A stretch of DNA of 64,000 nucleotides from Marsupella aquatica. Taxonomy: Eukaryota; Plantae; Marchantiophyta. The position numbers and the translations under genes were made by a program. The notes below the pieces were generated by a model. It was given only the letters and a program-made list of their open reading frames with translations, searched no databases and had not been told where the DNA came from. Location: positions 231,746 to 295,745 of the forward strand of contig OZ316892.1 of the NCBI GenBank assembly GCA_973895155.1. Reading direction: 5' to 3'. This document shows positions 33,161 to 45,125 of this stretch, in pieces. How positions within the stretch are numbered: the first letter of the stretch is position 1; each line of letters starts with the position of its first letter.

Positions 33161-33486
33161 AAAATGTACACTTTTTAGGCCAAATGTACTCTTTATTGCA
33201 CTCAAAGCTACACTTTCTAGACTAAATGCACTGAAATGTACACTTTTTAAGCCAAATGTATCTTTTTTTCACTCAAATGTACACTTTCTAGGCCAAATGT
33301 ACTAAAATGTACACTTTTTAAGCCAAATGTACATATTTGGATGCTCAAATGTACACTTTTCATTGCCCAAATATACACTCTTTAGACCAATTGTACACTT
33401 TTTTATCCCCAAATGTACACTTTTCATTGGTCAAATGTACACTTTTCCAAGCCCAAAAGTACACTTTTCATTGCCCAAATGTACAT
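33161..33486 (+). repeat. Right subterminal repeats AAATGTACACTTT
   Basis: More than a dozen variably degenerate copies at about 20-22 bp spacing, inside the right TIR. Confidence 0.88.
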
Positions 33487-33528
33487 AAATCAAATAATAA
33501 TACACTTTTAATGAATAGGCTGATATAT

Positions 33529-35393
33529 TCTTTCCTCTGGCCTCCCGCCGTGCCTTGTACCAGGCGAGGATAATGGCGATATGACTCCCCAAGTAAGTCT
33601 TCCCTCCAATAGCCATACCACCCTGAGCCCGCTTCAGCTCCCCCGAGAATCTTCGGTAGAAGAATTGGGCCTAGTTTCGTCGTTTGTACTGTTCCACCTG
33701 CACTATCGTGCAGAGGGAAATCTCGGATCGTGGCTCAATCATGTGTAGGGTAGTCCGTATGAAGTTAAGCCGCTCCATACAGGTTAAGTTGGTGCACGCC
33801 CCCTGCTTGTATCCGTTGTCCGTCTTACCCTCGGGTTTGAAGTGCCGCGGCGTATACTCCTTATCCCGAATTCAGATTTCCACCGGCACCGGCCCGGTTG
33901 GTAGGCCAAAAATTTGCGTTAACCGATGCTCCGTGAGTGATAAGGTCTGCCCCGAAACCTTGGTGGTTGACGCATCAGTGTCGAAATTGGAGATGAACTC
34001 ACAAATCTCCTTCGGCCCGGCGGCGCACGGCCTCCATAGTAGGTGGGCGAACCGCTCCAACTGATGCTCCTTGAGATAGTCCGCATGTTCGAGTTTCTTG
34101 ATCGCGATCCAGACTACCTCGGGGACGCAGATTACCTGTAATAAGTTGGACTTCGGGTTATCCGGGGGCCGTCGGGTCTGGTTGGTCGGGGGGTTTGCCG
34201 GGGCAGGTGCAGGCGCGGCGTCGGTCCGTGTTGATTCGGGGACCGTCGTAGTCCTTGACCGCTTACGAGGATGCTGTTCGAGTTGCGGACTAGCTCGCTC
34301 GAAACCCGAAGAACACTCCGCGTTGATTACTGGACGGACTTGGGACTGGTTTGGCGGTACTCCGGTGGTCATCGGTTGAGGCGCTGGGGTAGCCATATCC
34401 CAGTTGAAGGCGTTGGAGCTTTCCCCGAGGAACGTGAGATTACGCGCCGCTTCCCGTTGTCTGCTGATGTCTTCTTGGCGCTTTTCGGCTGCGATCTGCT
34501 GGTCTAGGTACCCCGGGATCTTGTCGAACTCCGCTTGAGTAAGCCGCTGGTTGCCCTTCAGCTTAAAGAACTTAGCTGGAACCTCAAGAATCGCCTCTAC
34601 TACCGATCTAAGCCCTTCCTCGCTGAGATATAGTTCGGTGATGTAGTCTCGCAGCTCGTTATAGCTAGAATCCCTGGTGATGGCTGTCCTTTCGCAATTA
34701 ACCAGTGCTACCTTGGTTACCAGCTTCGCGTACCTTCGTTCGTAAGCGGCTTTCTCGGGGCAAGAGTACCAGTAAGTCTCGGAGAACTTAGCACCTACCT
34801 CGCCAAACAAGGTCCAAAATCCCAAGGCTGTGAGGGTCATACTAACCTCGTAGTCCGGTTCGTTGCGTCCACGTTCCCACCTGGCTGGTCCTTTTTCGCG
34901 GAGGCCTCGCTCGTCCTGACTAAATCTTGCCACATTCCGCTCTTCTCCCTCGATAATTTCCTCGTAAAGGTCGACTGGATTCAATCAAAAAGACGAGCGG
35001 ATGGCAGCGTCCGTGAATTCCAAAAAAAGGTGAACGTGAGCGAATGGCCCGCAGTGCCATCGGCTCCTCTCTTATGGGGGTGCCCGGACGAGCCCGAGCG
35101 TGAGAAGGTCAGGCCATTTGGTCATTGATAACGAGCTGAAGTCGGCGTCTCGGTCCAAGCGTGATTCTTCTAACTGATTTTTACTCCGCTGCCGCCACCG
35201 TACCTCGGTCGTGCGTAATAATCCCTTTCCTGAACTTGTAATTATTCGGTTATCTTAACCTACTCCTAATCTAATCATAATGGCAACTTGACGGCTATAC
35301 GTGCTATTCTACGCTATGGCTACGGTCCTAATGACCGTATAAGTCCTAATCTACGACCTGGGTTCGGTCAAGTGACACGTTACCCGTGTCACA
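33529..35393 (-). mobile_element. 5' part of a family B giant LTR with its ORF (33872-34984, continuing past a stop toward 33529)
   Basis: Minus-strand start TGTGACACG at 35393, inserted into the family C ORF at PQGL|DVST (compare 53450-53465). ORF core LERFAHLLW..ICEFISNF..RLTQIFGLP. No PPT is adjacent. Confidence 0.8.
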
Positions 35394-37669
35394 CCAGCCC
35401 TTGAGGTAAGTCGGTTGAAGGAGCTGGTCCCACTGGAGGTGGGTGGTTCTCCTGCACAACTGCAGGGGGTGGAGGAATCTTCCCGGCTACCATGGCATCT
35501 GCTTTGGGTACGGATTCATCCGGCCCGGCTTCGATGGCATTGTCCCGATTGATCGCATCTAAGGTTGCAATAACGTCAATGGGTATGCCTGGCGGGGCGG
35601 CAGCGGTGGGTTGTGCACGACTTGCAGTTGCCAGACTTTGGGCCTTGGGCTGCGGTCGCCTTACCTGGACTGGGAACACCCATTTTGGTGGGGTCAGCTC
35701 GGGCTCGTTGAGACGCGGGAGGCTCCGGCGGTCAAAACAAGCGTACCACTCGAGGATGATTTCAATGTGGCTAGCGAAGTACGTCCTCCCACCAAGGTAC
35801 AAAGTCTTCCTTCTCCGCTCCATCTCCTCGTGGAACTTCTTGACGAAGCAGGACGCCCACTTCCTGGGCCGATAGTTCTCCACCTGGATGACCTGGGCGG
35901 CCGATATTTCTCCTCTGGGTTCCATCATGTGGAGGGCATACCGCTAGAACTCTAGGCGTTTTGCTACCTCCAGGATGAGGCACGTCCTCATTAAGAACCC
36001 ATTGTCCACTACCCCCTCGGCCGGGAAGCTAGATGACTGGTATTTAGTTCCCTTGCCCCCTGGAGCCCGCGACTCTACCCGGTTTATCCCCTCGGGTAAG
36101 CCAAAAATCATCTTCAGACGTGCCTCATCGAGGCACATCACTCTCCCGTGCGCTCGAGTTTGTTGGCAGGCCTCGTCAAAGTTCTGAATGAACTCCGTCA
36201 TATCCTGCCCGTAATACCTGCTTCCGTTCCAAGGGAGAGAGGCGAGGTGCTCAAACCCCTGGGTCTTTAGATAGCATGCATGCTTGGGGTGGAGGATGTT
36301 CTTGTGAACATTGTCCCCCATGTGATGCATGGTCAGCTTGGCTACCGCAACTGTGGCCAAAGGCAACCCGGATACGGCTGCAGGCTCCTTCCTCTTCCTA
36401 CCCCGAGACTGATTACCGGGGTGACTAGAAGAAGGGGACATCTCTCCTTCCTCTCGGTCAGGTGGTGGTAGCGCAACTGCCGTGAGTATTGGTGCCGGGG
36501 CCGCTAGCGTTACCGTGTTATCCCCTTGGGCTTGCTGGAGTGGTGCTGGGTTGTTCGTACCCCGCGGCCGTCAATTCAGAGGAGGGTGAGCCTCCTCATC
36601 TTTGAAGCTGATATTTACCGCATTCACCATGGATCATACTCGGAGAGGTGGTGGAACCGGTGGCGGGGACCGGCTTGGCTGAGGCCGAGGAGGTGTAGGT
36701 GCGGGTACGGGCACGGGTTGGTCGGCACTGGTCGTTGATGGTAGAGTTGCCATGAAGTTTTGCAAGTGCCGGTGGAGGTTTTCCGACGCAAGTGAAGATG
36801 GTCCTGTCGACCGGGTAGTGTTGAACTCGCCATTGATGATAGCCCAGACCCAAGCGGGGATGTGGTCAAAGTGGTGCCGTTGCAAGTTGATCGTGCCCGG
36901 AATATTGAAGACCTCATCCGGAAGCCGAAGCAATGCCTCCCAGAAGCCGCTGTATTTGCCTCTGTCAAAGAAGTACCCTGATACCTCTTCAGGTCGGTAA
37001 AGCTCGCTGTGGGACGTGTACTCAAAGTTAAGGAGATAGTGGTGGCGTCCTGCTAGGCGGATGACTCTCGTATTCGCGTTCGATCTCATATCAGCGCAGG
37101 TTGGCATGTTTCAATGAGTCGGCCAAGTGCCCTCCGATAGACAAGAATTGAGTCCAGAATTGTATGGCCGAACTGGAAAGGATTGTGTGCGACATTCAGA
37201 GGAGATAGCAGGTGACTAAGAAAAAGCGAGAGAGCTGGGATCAAAGCTGGCGCGTGGACTAGAGAGCTGGTGCACTGCAAAGGATCGGCCCCCCTTTTAT
37301 ACCCTGAGAGCTCATCGATCGCCCGATGCCTCCTCGTCGCTTATAGGCCGAGCCTTTCACGCTCGTAGTGTTCTGGCCCCTTTGCCAGTCCAGGTCAGCT
37401 CGTGTTAGTGGCCGCCTCCCAAAGTTTGTTATACGGACCCGAGGGAGGGGGAAAAAGGGCCCATTACATGCTCGCAACCCGGGCGTGCGAATGGCGACCT
37501 ACCACCAGCCCGAACATGAATTCCCCTTATTGACTAATGATTTCCTACTCATAATGGCTACCTAAATACTATCGTTATGCTAATAATAATGGCCTAAGAT
37601 ACCCCTAATGCGCGTGCTAAGCGCGGTTAGACCGAATTACTCATTACCTGCTGTACCGGCGGCGTCACA
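35394..37669 (-). repeat. Visible part of the family C 3' LTR with a disrupted LTR ORF
   Basis: Homologous to 53454-55742; minus-strand start TGTGACGCC directly after the PPT. Confidence 0.9.
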
Positions 37670-37741
37670 TAGCTCCCTGCTTAATTGTGAAGCGTCCTCG
37701 AAAACATCACTCTCGGCGTTGTCATCTTGATGGTGGTACTT

Positions 37742-40700
37742 TGTAGCAAGGTGATAAAGAGATAAATGACTATTTACTCCTTAACAACTCGATTTCATTC
37801 CCGTTAGGAGTGGATAAGATCGAAAAGACTGAATTAACACAATTTGAGAAGTTTACACCAACATTCTTAGGTTGGAGAGATTTCTAATGATCTCCTTAAC
37901 ATAAGTGTTTAACCACAAACTCAAGTGGGTAATCCTTAGGATTCACAGTGCAATAATAAAGACTAGAATTAACAAAGATTGAAACTAGAGAGAGAGTAGA
38001 TAGGAGTTTTCAAAGTGCAAGGGAATTGAATTTCTGACCATCACCACTCCTTCAATAAGGATTATGGCCTAATTTAAGATTCAGAAATCAACATTTTCTA
38101 TGCTTTTTGATTTCTCGTAGCAACTCTTCTCCATCTATTGAATTTAGAAGACAACAATGTAAATCAAACCGGGACACTTTTCTGGTCTTGCTTAAGACGG
38201 TACTCGGATACTCGAATTGGTTTACTTCTCCTACAATCCTTAAGATTGCTTGTTTGAGTTTTGTGCAAATGTCAATTTCCTCTTTGGTGAATCTTCCAAA
38301 TGTATTGATCACAAATCTCATTGATCTTCCAATATCATTATAGGCACACTCTAGTATTCATTGAACATTTCACAACAACTCAAGGGTTGCTAAACTTCTT
38401 CCTTTTACTTAACCATGGTAAAAAGAAGGGAAGAAAAGGCATAGATTTCTCCAAAATCAAAATGGGGAAATCAAATGTATCTCTCTCCTCCCGGTTGACT
38501 TTGGGTCCTCCTCCTTTTGTACTAAAAGTGGAGATTATGAAAAGACATGCCTATTCAAAACCCAAGTCTAAAGAAATATGTAAATAAAAGTGAACTATCC
38601 TAGTCAAAAATGGAGTAGAGTCTCCAATGGATACATCAACAAAATACTGGAGTCTACTTACTCATATACTAATCTATATAGTTATTTCTAAGTCTAAACT
38701 AATGTGGCTCTAACTCTCTAAATATAACTCTATTCTGGTCCTAGCTTTTGAGAAGGAACCTCCTCAGGGTTAGCCATGGCAAGGGGTTCTGGTCGAAGGA
38801 AAACTCCCTGCTGACCAGTGGTAAAAGGGATGGACGGGTCAATATCCATGTTCTCCTGATGGCACTCGGGTCATGAGAATAAGTGTAAGAATGGGAGTGG
38901 AAGTGTGTACTGGGAGTGGGGAAACCAGGAGGGTTGAGGGGTGATGAGGGGTCAGTGGAATAGACTCCTTCATGAGGACTAGGAGAGAAAGATCTGGTAG
39001 TAAAGGGAGGAATCTCAGTATCAGCTAATAGCTCCTCAGTAGTCAAGTCACTCATCTCCCTTAAGGCTTCACAGGTCTTTGAGAGGCCTGTAAGTGCATC
39101 ATCCACCTTGGTACTCACATCTACCACTAAATGGTTAATCTTGGAGAAAAGGATGGGTGTGGTGTTCTTGGCCAAATACTCATCATAAATTTGGGCCTTA
39201 AGAAGATCCAGAGAAGCTATCTTGGTCAAAGGCTCAATCAGATCCAAAGATTGAGTGATACTGAGTTGGAGAGTATGCTCAAGCTCATTCTTCTTCTTAC
39301 TCCTTTCCAACTGCTGTTTGAGTTCAGATACCTTCTTCTTGAGGAACTCATTCTCCTTCTCTAACTTCCTCTTATCTGTGGTATCACTCATGGTGGAGAT
39401 CTTCTCAAGAATCTGCCCTGGTTTCACTCCTAACTTCTGAGAAATGTCAGTGAATGATGGCCTTCTCCATCACAGTGGTCTTCCTCTTCACCTTCTGGAA
39501 TGTGTCTGAGATGATCTGGAAATCAGCTAGGGTGTCTAGGGAGGCATGGCCGGGTGCATCCGGAAATTCAGCCGGGTCGAAGAAGGCCGGGTCGGAAAAG
39601 TCCGGGTCGAGGTTCCGGGCAGCAGACCGGGTCTTTCGAGGATTTGTCTCTGCTGGCTCCTCATCCTCACTGTCATCAGAGGTGGCCTGGGTGATATCTG
39701 GATCTGTCTCTCCATACTTTATGAAGTTGAACTTGGCCAATAGTAATTTCTTCTCCTCTCTGAACAAAACTCCTTCAAAGCTATATAGATGTACCAGGTA
39801 CCAGGTAGCAGGAGAGGGGAGTAGGACTCTTGTTGGATAGGTTCTGTACCAACTTCCTTATCAAATCAAAGATAAGCTTAGCCCAGTTGACTTTTCTTTC
39901 TCCCTTGTAAGCAGCAACAATGGTAGAGCCAACTCCAACAGTAACTCTTCTTGGCTTCTCAGGGTACGGCAGGGGTAGCAAAAAGCTGAAGACTTGTCTC
40001 AGATCAGGATCCAAACACTTAGAAACATTGAACCCGTCCTTACTGTTGATGGCTCCTTTGAAGTAAGGGAGGATTAGATTGACAGCTCTCCCCACTGGAC
40101 CTTCTCCTTCATCTTCCAATACAAAAGCTCCTGCAATCATCATCTGAGTCCATCGCTCAGGTCGGCCTCTGAAGGTATCCTTAAACTCAGCCGGATACTC
40201 CTTGGATCGGATCTCTCTGATCATATCTTCGCTCTGATAACTCCAGGGTAGCTCCATCAGAGACTCACAGCCCATCCTGAGCAAAGACTCCCTCAGTTTG
40301 ACCTTCTCAGCTTCACTGTCCGGAATAGTTGGCCTCAGAATTTTCATGGCAATAGGGACCTCCTTTCTCTTCGATCGTCTCACAGGGGCTTTAACCGGAG
40401 TAGATGCAGGTGATGTTGAGGTTGAATGCCCCTTAGAGACGCGAGAAGTGGACATTCCGGCTGGATCCGCCCCTTGCTCCATAGGATTTCTGGAAGCAGA
40501 AAATTGATTTTTGGTAAATGTTCTGCCTCCTCTACGGCAAGCTCTACAATGATGCGACTTCAGAATGTTCAATCTCTTCGATTTTGACCACTGGTAGAAA
40601 TGTCTGGGTCGACCTGGCCGCAGCGTTTCTGATCAACTGAAAATCATTTCGGAAGAATTGCATCAAGATTTCGTCAACCACAATGCAGGGTCATTTAACG

Positions 40701-41351
40701 TGGGGAAAATCTAGACTCAATCGGGCCTGAAATAGTGATGTCCGGGTCGACCTGGCCTCCCTTCTCACAACCGATGTATCCACTATCAGGATCTCAAACT
40801 TCCTGCCTTCACTTCCACCGGTGGAGTAGGCATTCCCCTCACAATGAATCAGTCAGTTCCCTCATATCCAGGCTCTCATCATGCAATGCAAGATTGGTCC
40901 TATAATCAGGACCCAAGATCCTCTACCAAAAAGGTAGAGCCTCCTCACTCTACTGCTTAAACAGTCTAATGCGCTCGGGAGCTCAAAACCTACTAAGTTT
41001 GGCTTTGAGAGGTGTGAGAGGCCGGATCGACTCTCCTTCCTTATATCCGGATTCTACTGTGGTCGTGCCTATGTTTGACTTATGGTTTTAAAAACTTTGG
41101 CAATGGACAGCTGTTGTTGAGTAGAGTCTCGGTATAAGTTTTATATCTCATTCCAGGCTTATAGTAAAAAGTTCCGGGTCGATCCTCCTTCTCTAATATC
41201 AATCCGGGTTGACCTCAGATCAGCTTGAAAGTCTCATAACACTTCAAAGTAGTCTTCAGGTCCCTCTTCAGCCTTATTTAAGATCTTAAATGTAAAAATT
41301 CTAAAATTTATGGTTAGTTAACCCTTCTTTCATAAACATCCTTATCTCACA
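37742..41351 (-). mobile_element. Family D solo LTR (3610 bp) in the integrase tail of element C
   Basis: TG...CA ends and TSD TACTT (37737-37741 and 41352-41356). Removal restores RVKKYHHQDD...EDASQLSRELCDA. Confidence 0.9.
38741..40572 (-). pseudogene. Family D LTR-encoded accessory ORF, frameshifted
   Basis: Pieces 39781-40572, 39447-39767 and 38741-39427. Core GCESLMELPW..SKDGFNVSKC..VNWAKLI plus a coiled coil. Confidence 0.7.
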
Positions 41352-44300
41352 TACTTCTTCACACGATCGTAACTGACTCGCGTGGGTAGTAAATCGCTGG
41401 CGTACGTTGCAAGTTCCAAAGATCCGTTAGGGTAGATCTGATTGACTTGGAAAGGCCCTAGCCAACGGGTATGAAGCTTCCCCGGAAACTGCATGTACCT
41501 ACTATCGTACAACAGGACTAGATTGCCTGTCACGACGTCGACCTTCCGTAGTCCTTTGTCGTGTTGCTTCTTGGAAGCTACCTGCTGTTTGACGACTGTC
41601 GAGCTGCCAATAGCCGTGCTTCTTCTAATGCTTCAATTTGATAAGCTCTGTTTGACAAACTTTCAGCTTCGGGTAAGCGATCCCGAATGCTTACCCGGGG
41701 AGTGTGGACTTCAAACTCAATTGGTACCAAAGAATGTTGGCCGAACACGAGAAAGTACGGGCTGTGACTCGTAGTAGTCTTGTAAGCCAGATTATACGAA
41801 TACACCGCTGCGTACAACTTGTCATCCCAATCCATTTTGTTCGTGGCTACTGTCTTGTTGAGGATCTTCCCGATGATACCATTGGCTCTCTCTGTCAGCC
41901 CGTTGGCTTTAGGATGATACGGGGTAGTCTTGCGGTGCTTGACTAGGTAACGCTCCGTAAGCTGGGCTACGGTGTCATTGAGGAAGTGTGTTCCACGGTC
42001 GCTTACTAACTCCAAGGGCGGCCCAAACCGGGTGAAGATTTGCTCGTATAAGAACCTGGCGGTGGTTGCAGCATCGTCCTTTACCGTAGCCCGTGCTTTG
42101 ACCCATTTGGTGGAGTAATCTATAGCTAGCAGGATGTACCTGCATCTTCGTTGTCGGGTAACGGGAGTGAACGGTCTGATATAATCAATACCCCACTTTT
42201 TGAAAGGTGCCAAGGGAAGCACGGACGTGAGAGGGTGATGATGAGATCGTCTTGGGGCCCCAGCCCGCTGACACAGGTCATAGCCCTTGATGAAACGCTG
42301 TATATCCTGATGCAACGTAGGCCACCAATACCCTGAATCCAGAATCTTTCGGGTTGTCATGATAGCCACGAAATGGCCTCCAGCTTCTTCTTCATGCAAG
42401 GCCCGCATAATGATAAGCGTCTCCTTGTACTCTAAGCAACATCATAGCTTCCCATTAACTCCTTGCTTGTGTAGGTGGCCCTGTATCATGACGTATGGCC
42501 CGGCCTTTCGTAAAAACACAGCAGCAACCTCCTGATTGATGCCGTCGGGGATGCGGCCTGTTAAGAGGAAGGTGATTATTGAGCCGTACCATGTCGTCGT
42601 TCCCACCCCTACGTGGAATAACTCCTCGTCCGGAAAAGTATCATTAATTGGCTGATCGACTGGTACGCCGTCCAGCCTTGAAAAGAAGTTGGCATTGAGA
42701 TGTGCCTTTCCTGGCCAAACCCAAACTTCATAGTTAAATTCCTGGAGAAGTAGCACCCACCGGGCTATCCGTCGTGTCACATCCGCTTTGTTGACCATGT
42801 ACTTCAGGCTATCATGATCCGTGTGGAATATGACCTTGTAGCCAGGTAGATAGTGCCGGAACTTCTTACATGAGTAGATTATTCCCAGAGCTTCTCGATC
42901 AGTGGGAGAATAATTTTGTTCGGCTGTGAATAGTTGACGGCTAGCGAAGTAGATGGGGTGGTCACGTCCGTCCTCATCAAGCTGACTGAGCACGGATCCG
43001 ATACAGAATCCTGACACATCGACATACACATGGAACTCCTTATTCCAGTCCGGGGTGACCATGATAGGTGCGGTGGTGAGTTGTTTACGGAGTTCTTCGA
43101 AAGCAATCCGTCTCTTGGGTGTCTCCTTGATCACCGCGTCGTTCTTCATCATCTCGGTTAAGGGCAACGCAATTTTAGCAAAATCTTTAATGAACCAACG
43201 ATAGTACCCTACACAGCGCAAGAAGGATCGTACCGCTTTTTTATCTATGGGAAACACCACCGCCATCCAAGCCGCGACCTTCTCTTGGTCCACCTCCATA
43301 CCCCGTTTGGACACACGATGTCCGAGTAACACTCCCTCCTCTACCCCAAAAAAACATTTGGCGGGATGTAGCTTGAGGTTAACCTCTCGGCATCGTTGTA
43401 GTGTACGTCGTAGATGTTTGGCGTGCATGGCGACGGTTCCAAAGATGGCAAAGTTGTCGATAAATATTTCCAGAAATTCCTGAGGAAATCGTGGAAGATA
43501 TTCATCATGAGTCGCTGAAACATGGCCGGGGCGTTACATAGCCCAAACGGCATTCTCCGAAATGCGAACATCCCCCATTCCGTAGTGAACATTGTTTTGA
43601 GCTGATCTGAGAGGCGGATCCAGATTTGATTATAACCCGAATACCCGTCAAGGAATGTATAAATTTTGTTTCGGGCTACCATATCGAGAACCATATCCGT
43701 GAATGGTAACGGGTAATGGTCTTTCCGGGTTGTGTCGTTCAACTTACGATAGTCCTGACAGATCCGAATCTTAGGTTTTCCGTCCGTACCTCCCTTCTTT
43801 GGTACAATGACAATGGGAGAAACCCAATCGCTGCCCATTACTGGGTAGATGATATCTGCGGCGAGGAGACGATCGATTTCCTCCTTCACTAAGATGGAGT
43901 ACCTCGGGTTCATGCAACGTTGCCGCTGCCATACTGCATGGGCCCCCAAGTTCAAATTGATCGTGTGTTCTCCCAACTCGAGGGAGACTCCCGTCAAATC
44001 GTGATGGCTCCATGCAAACACATCTTCATATTCCTTGAGCAGTGCTTGGATAGATTTTTCCGCCTCCCCCGTCAAAGCATGGCCCAGGTTAAAAGACTTA
44101 TCCATACCAATGGTGTACTTCCAGTAGTGCTCCTTTCTTATGACTTCCACCTGGTTCCGCAATTTTGGGTCCAGGCTCGCATCCAGCTCAGCTAACCAAA
44201 CTCCTTCGTACATGGGTGGAACTAGGATCGGTTTCGAATTTGGGGTTAATTCCTCCAATTTTGGGATGGACGGGTCCCAAGAGACTCGTTTCTTATGTCT

Positions 44301-45092
44301 CGGTCTCGGGTTTTTGGCCTCGGGCAGTTGTTTGGCCGGTTCATGGTCACTAGGCTCTGCACTGGTAGAAGCAGCATCGGCTCCCTGCTTAGCTGGAGTC
44401 GTGTCCTCCGTATTGATGGGCCATTTTTGTGTTTCATCGGTCTGGGCGGTAGAGGTGCTCGGGGTGGACTCAATAGCAACCTTCTGGTAATTCAGGAGAT
44501 GTGTTTCCCGGGTTGCCTCTACTCCGAAGACATCTTCCTCGGATAGGGACAAAATGAGTTCAATCATATTGAGCTCCTCTTCCTCCGAGGTCTCTGAATC
44601 ATATTCCTCGGGTCCCTGTGGGGTTTCACCCCGATAATCATCCAGTGCCCAAGATACTTGTACTGTGGGTGTCCCAAACCGTAGCTCCTTTTTTCCCCAA
44701 TCCGTGATTACTCGGCCACCATACAACCACAGTCTGCCCCAAAGGACCGGATAAGAGGAGGGCCGAACCAGCCTCATGACTAGGAAGTTGAGATAGAACT
44801 CCACCCCTCCAACAAGAGTGAGCACCCGAGTGAGCGTGCCCAATGGAAGGACCCTTGCCCCGTTTGCTAATTTGATAGCTCGGGCTGTGGGTTGATACGT
44901 GAGGTATCCTAACTTGACTGATGTTTCCTCAGTCATGATGTTGACTCCCGCTCCTCCGTCTACAAGAACCATCTTGATGGTACAATTATTGATCTCAATC
45001 GAGATGTCCGGCTCTCCTAGGTCTTTGCATATCATGTTGCAGTCCGCGATCCCAACTCGGGGTAGTCGCCTCCGTCGCCAACCCGTAAGCAA
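41352..45092 (-). pseudogene. pol: Family C PR-RT-RH-IN pseudogene
   Basis: VDGGAG, RICQDYRKLN, MPFGLCNAPA, NYSPTDREAL, WGIDYI, SDRG and WLGPF; several stops and frameshifts. Confidence 0.93.
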
Positions 45093-45125
45093 CTCCCTCA
45101 GTTGCCGTTTGTACTCTGGATTGTT

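Larger units (their letters stand above)
20161..33524 (+). mobile_element. 13.4 kb TIR DNA transposon, Sola-like (Sola1-type TSD), with cargo genes
   Basis: Perfect 26-bp TIR ATCAGCCTATTCATTAAAAGTGTATT (20161-20186 and 33499-33524); TSD ATAT (20157-20160 and 33525-33528) whose removal restores the target ORF; intact DDD transposase. The superfamily call rests on motifs and the AWWT-type 4-bp TSD. Confidence 0.88.
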
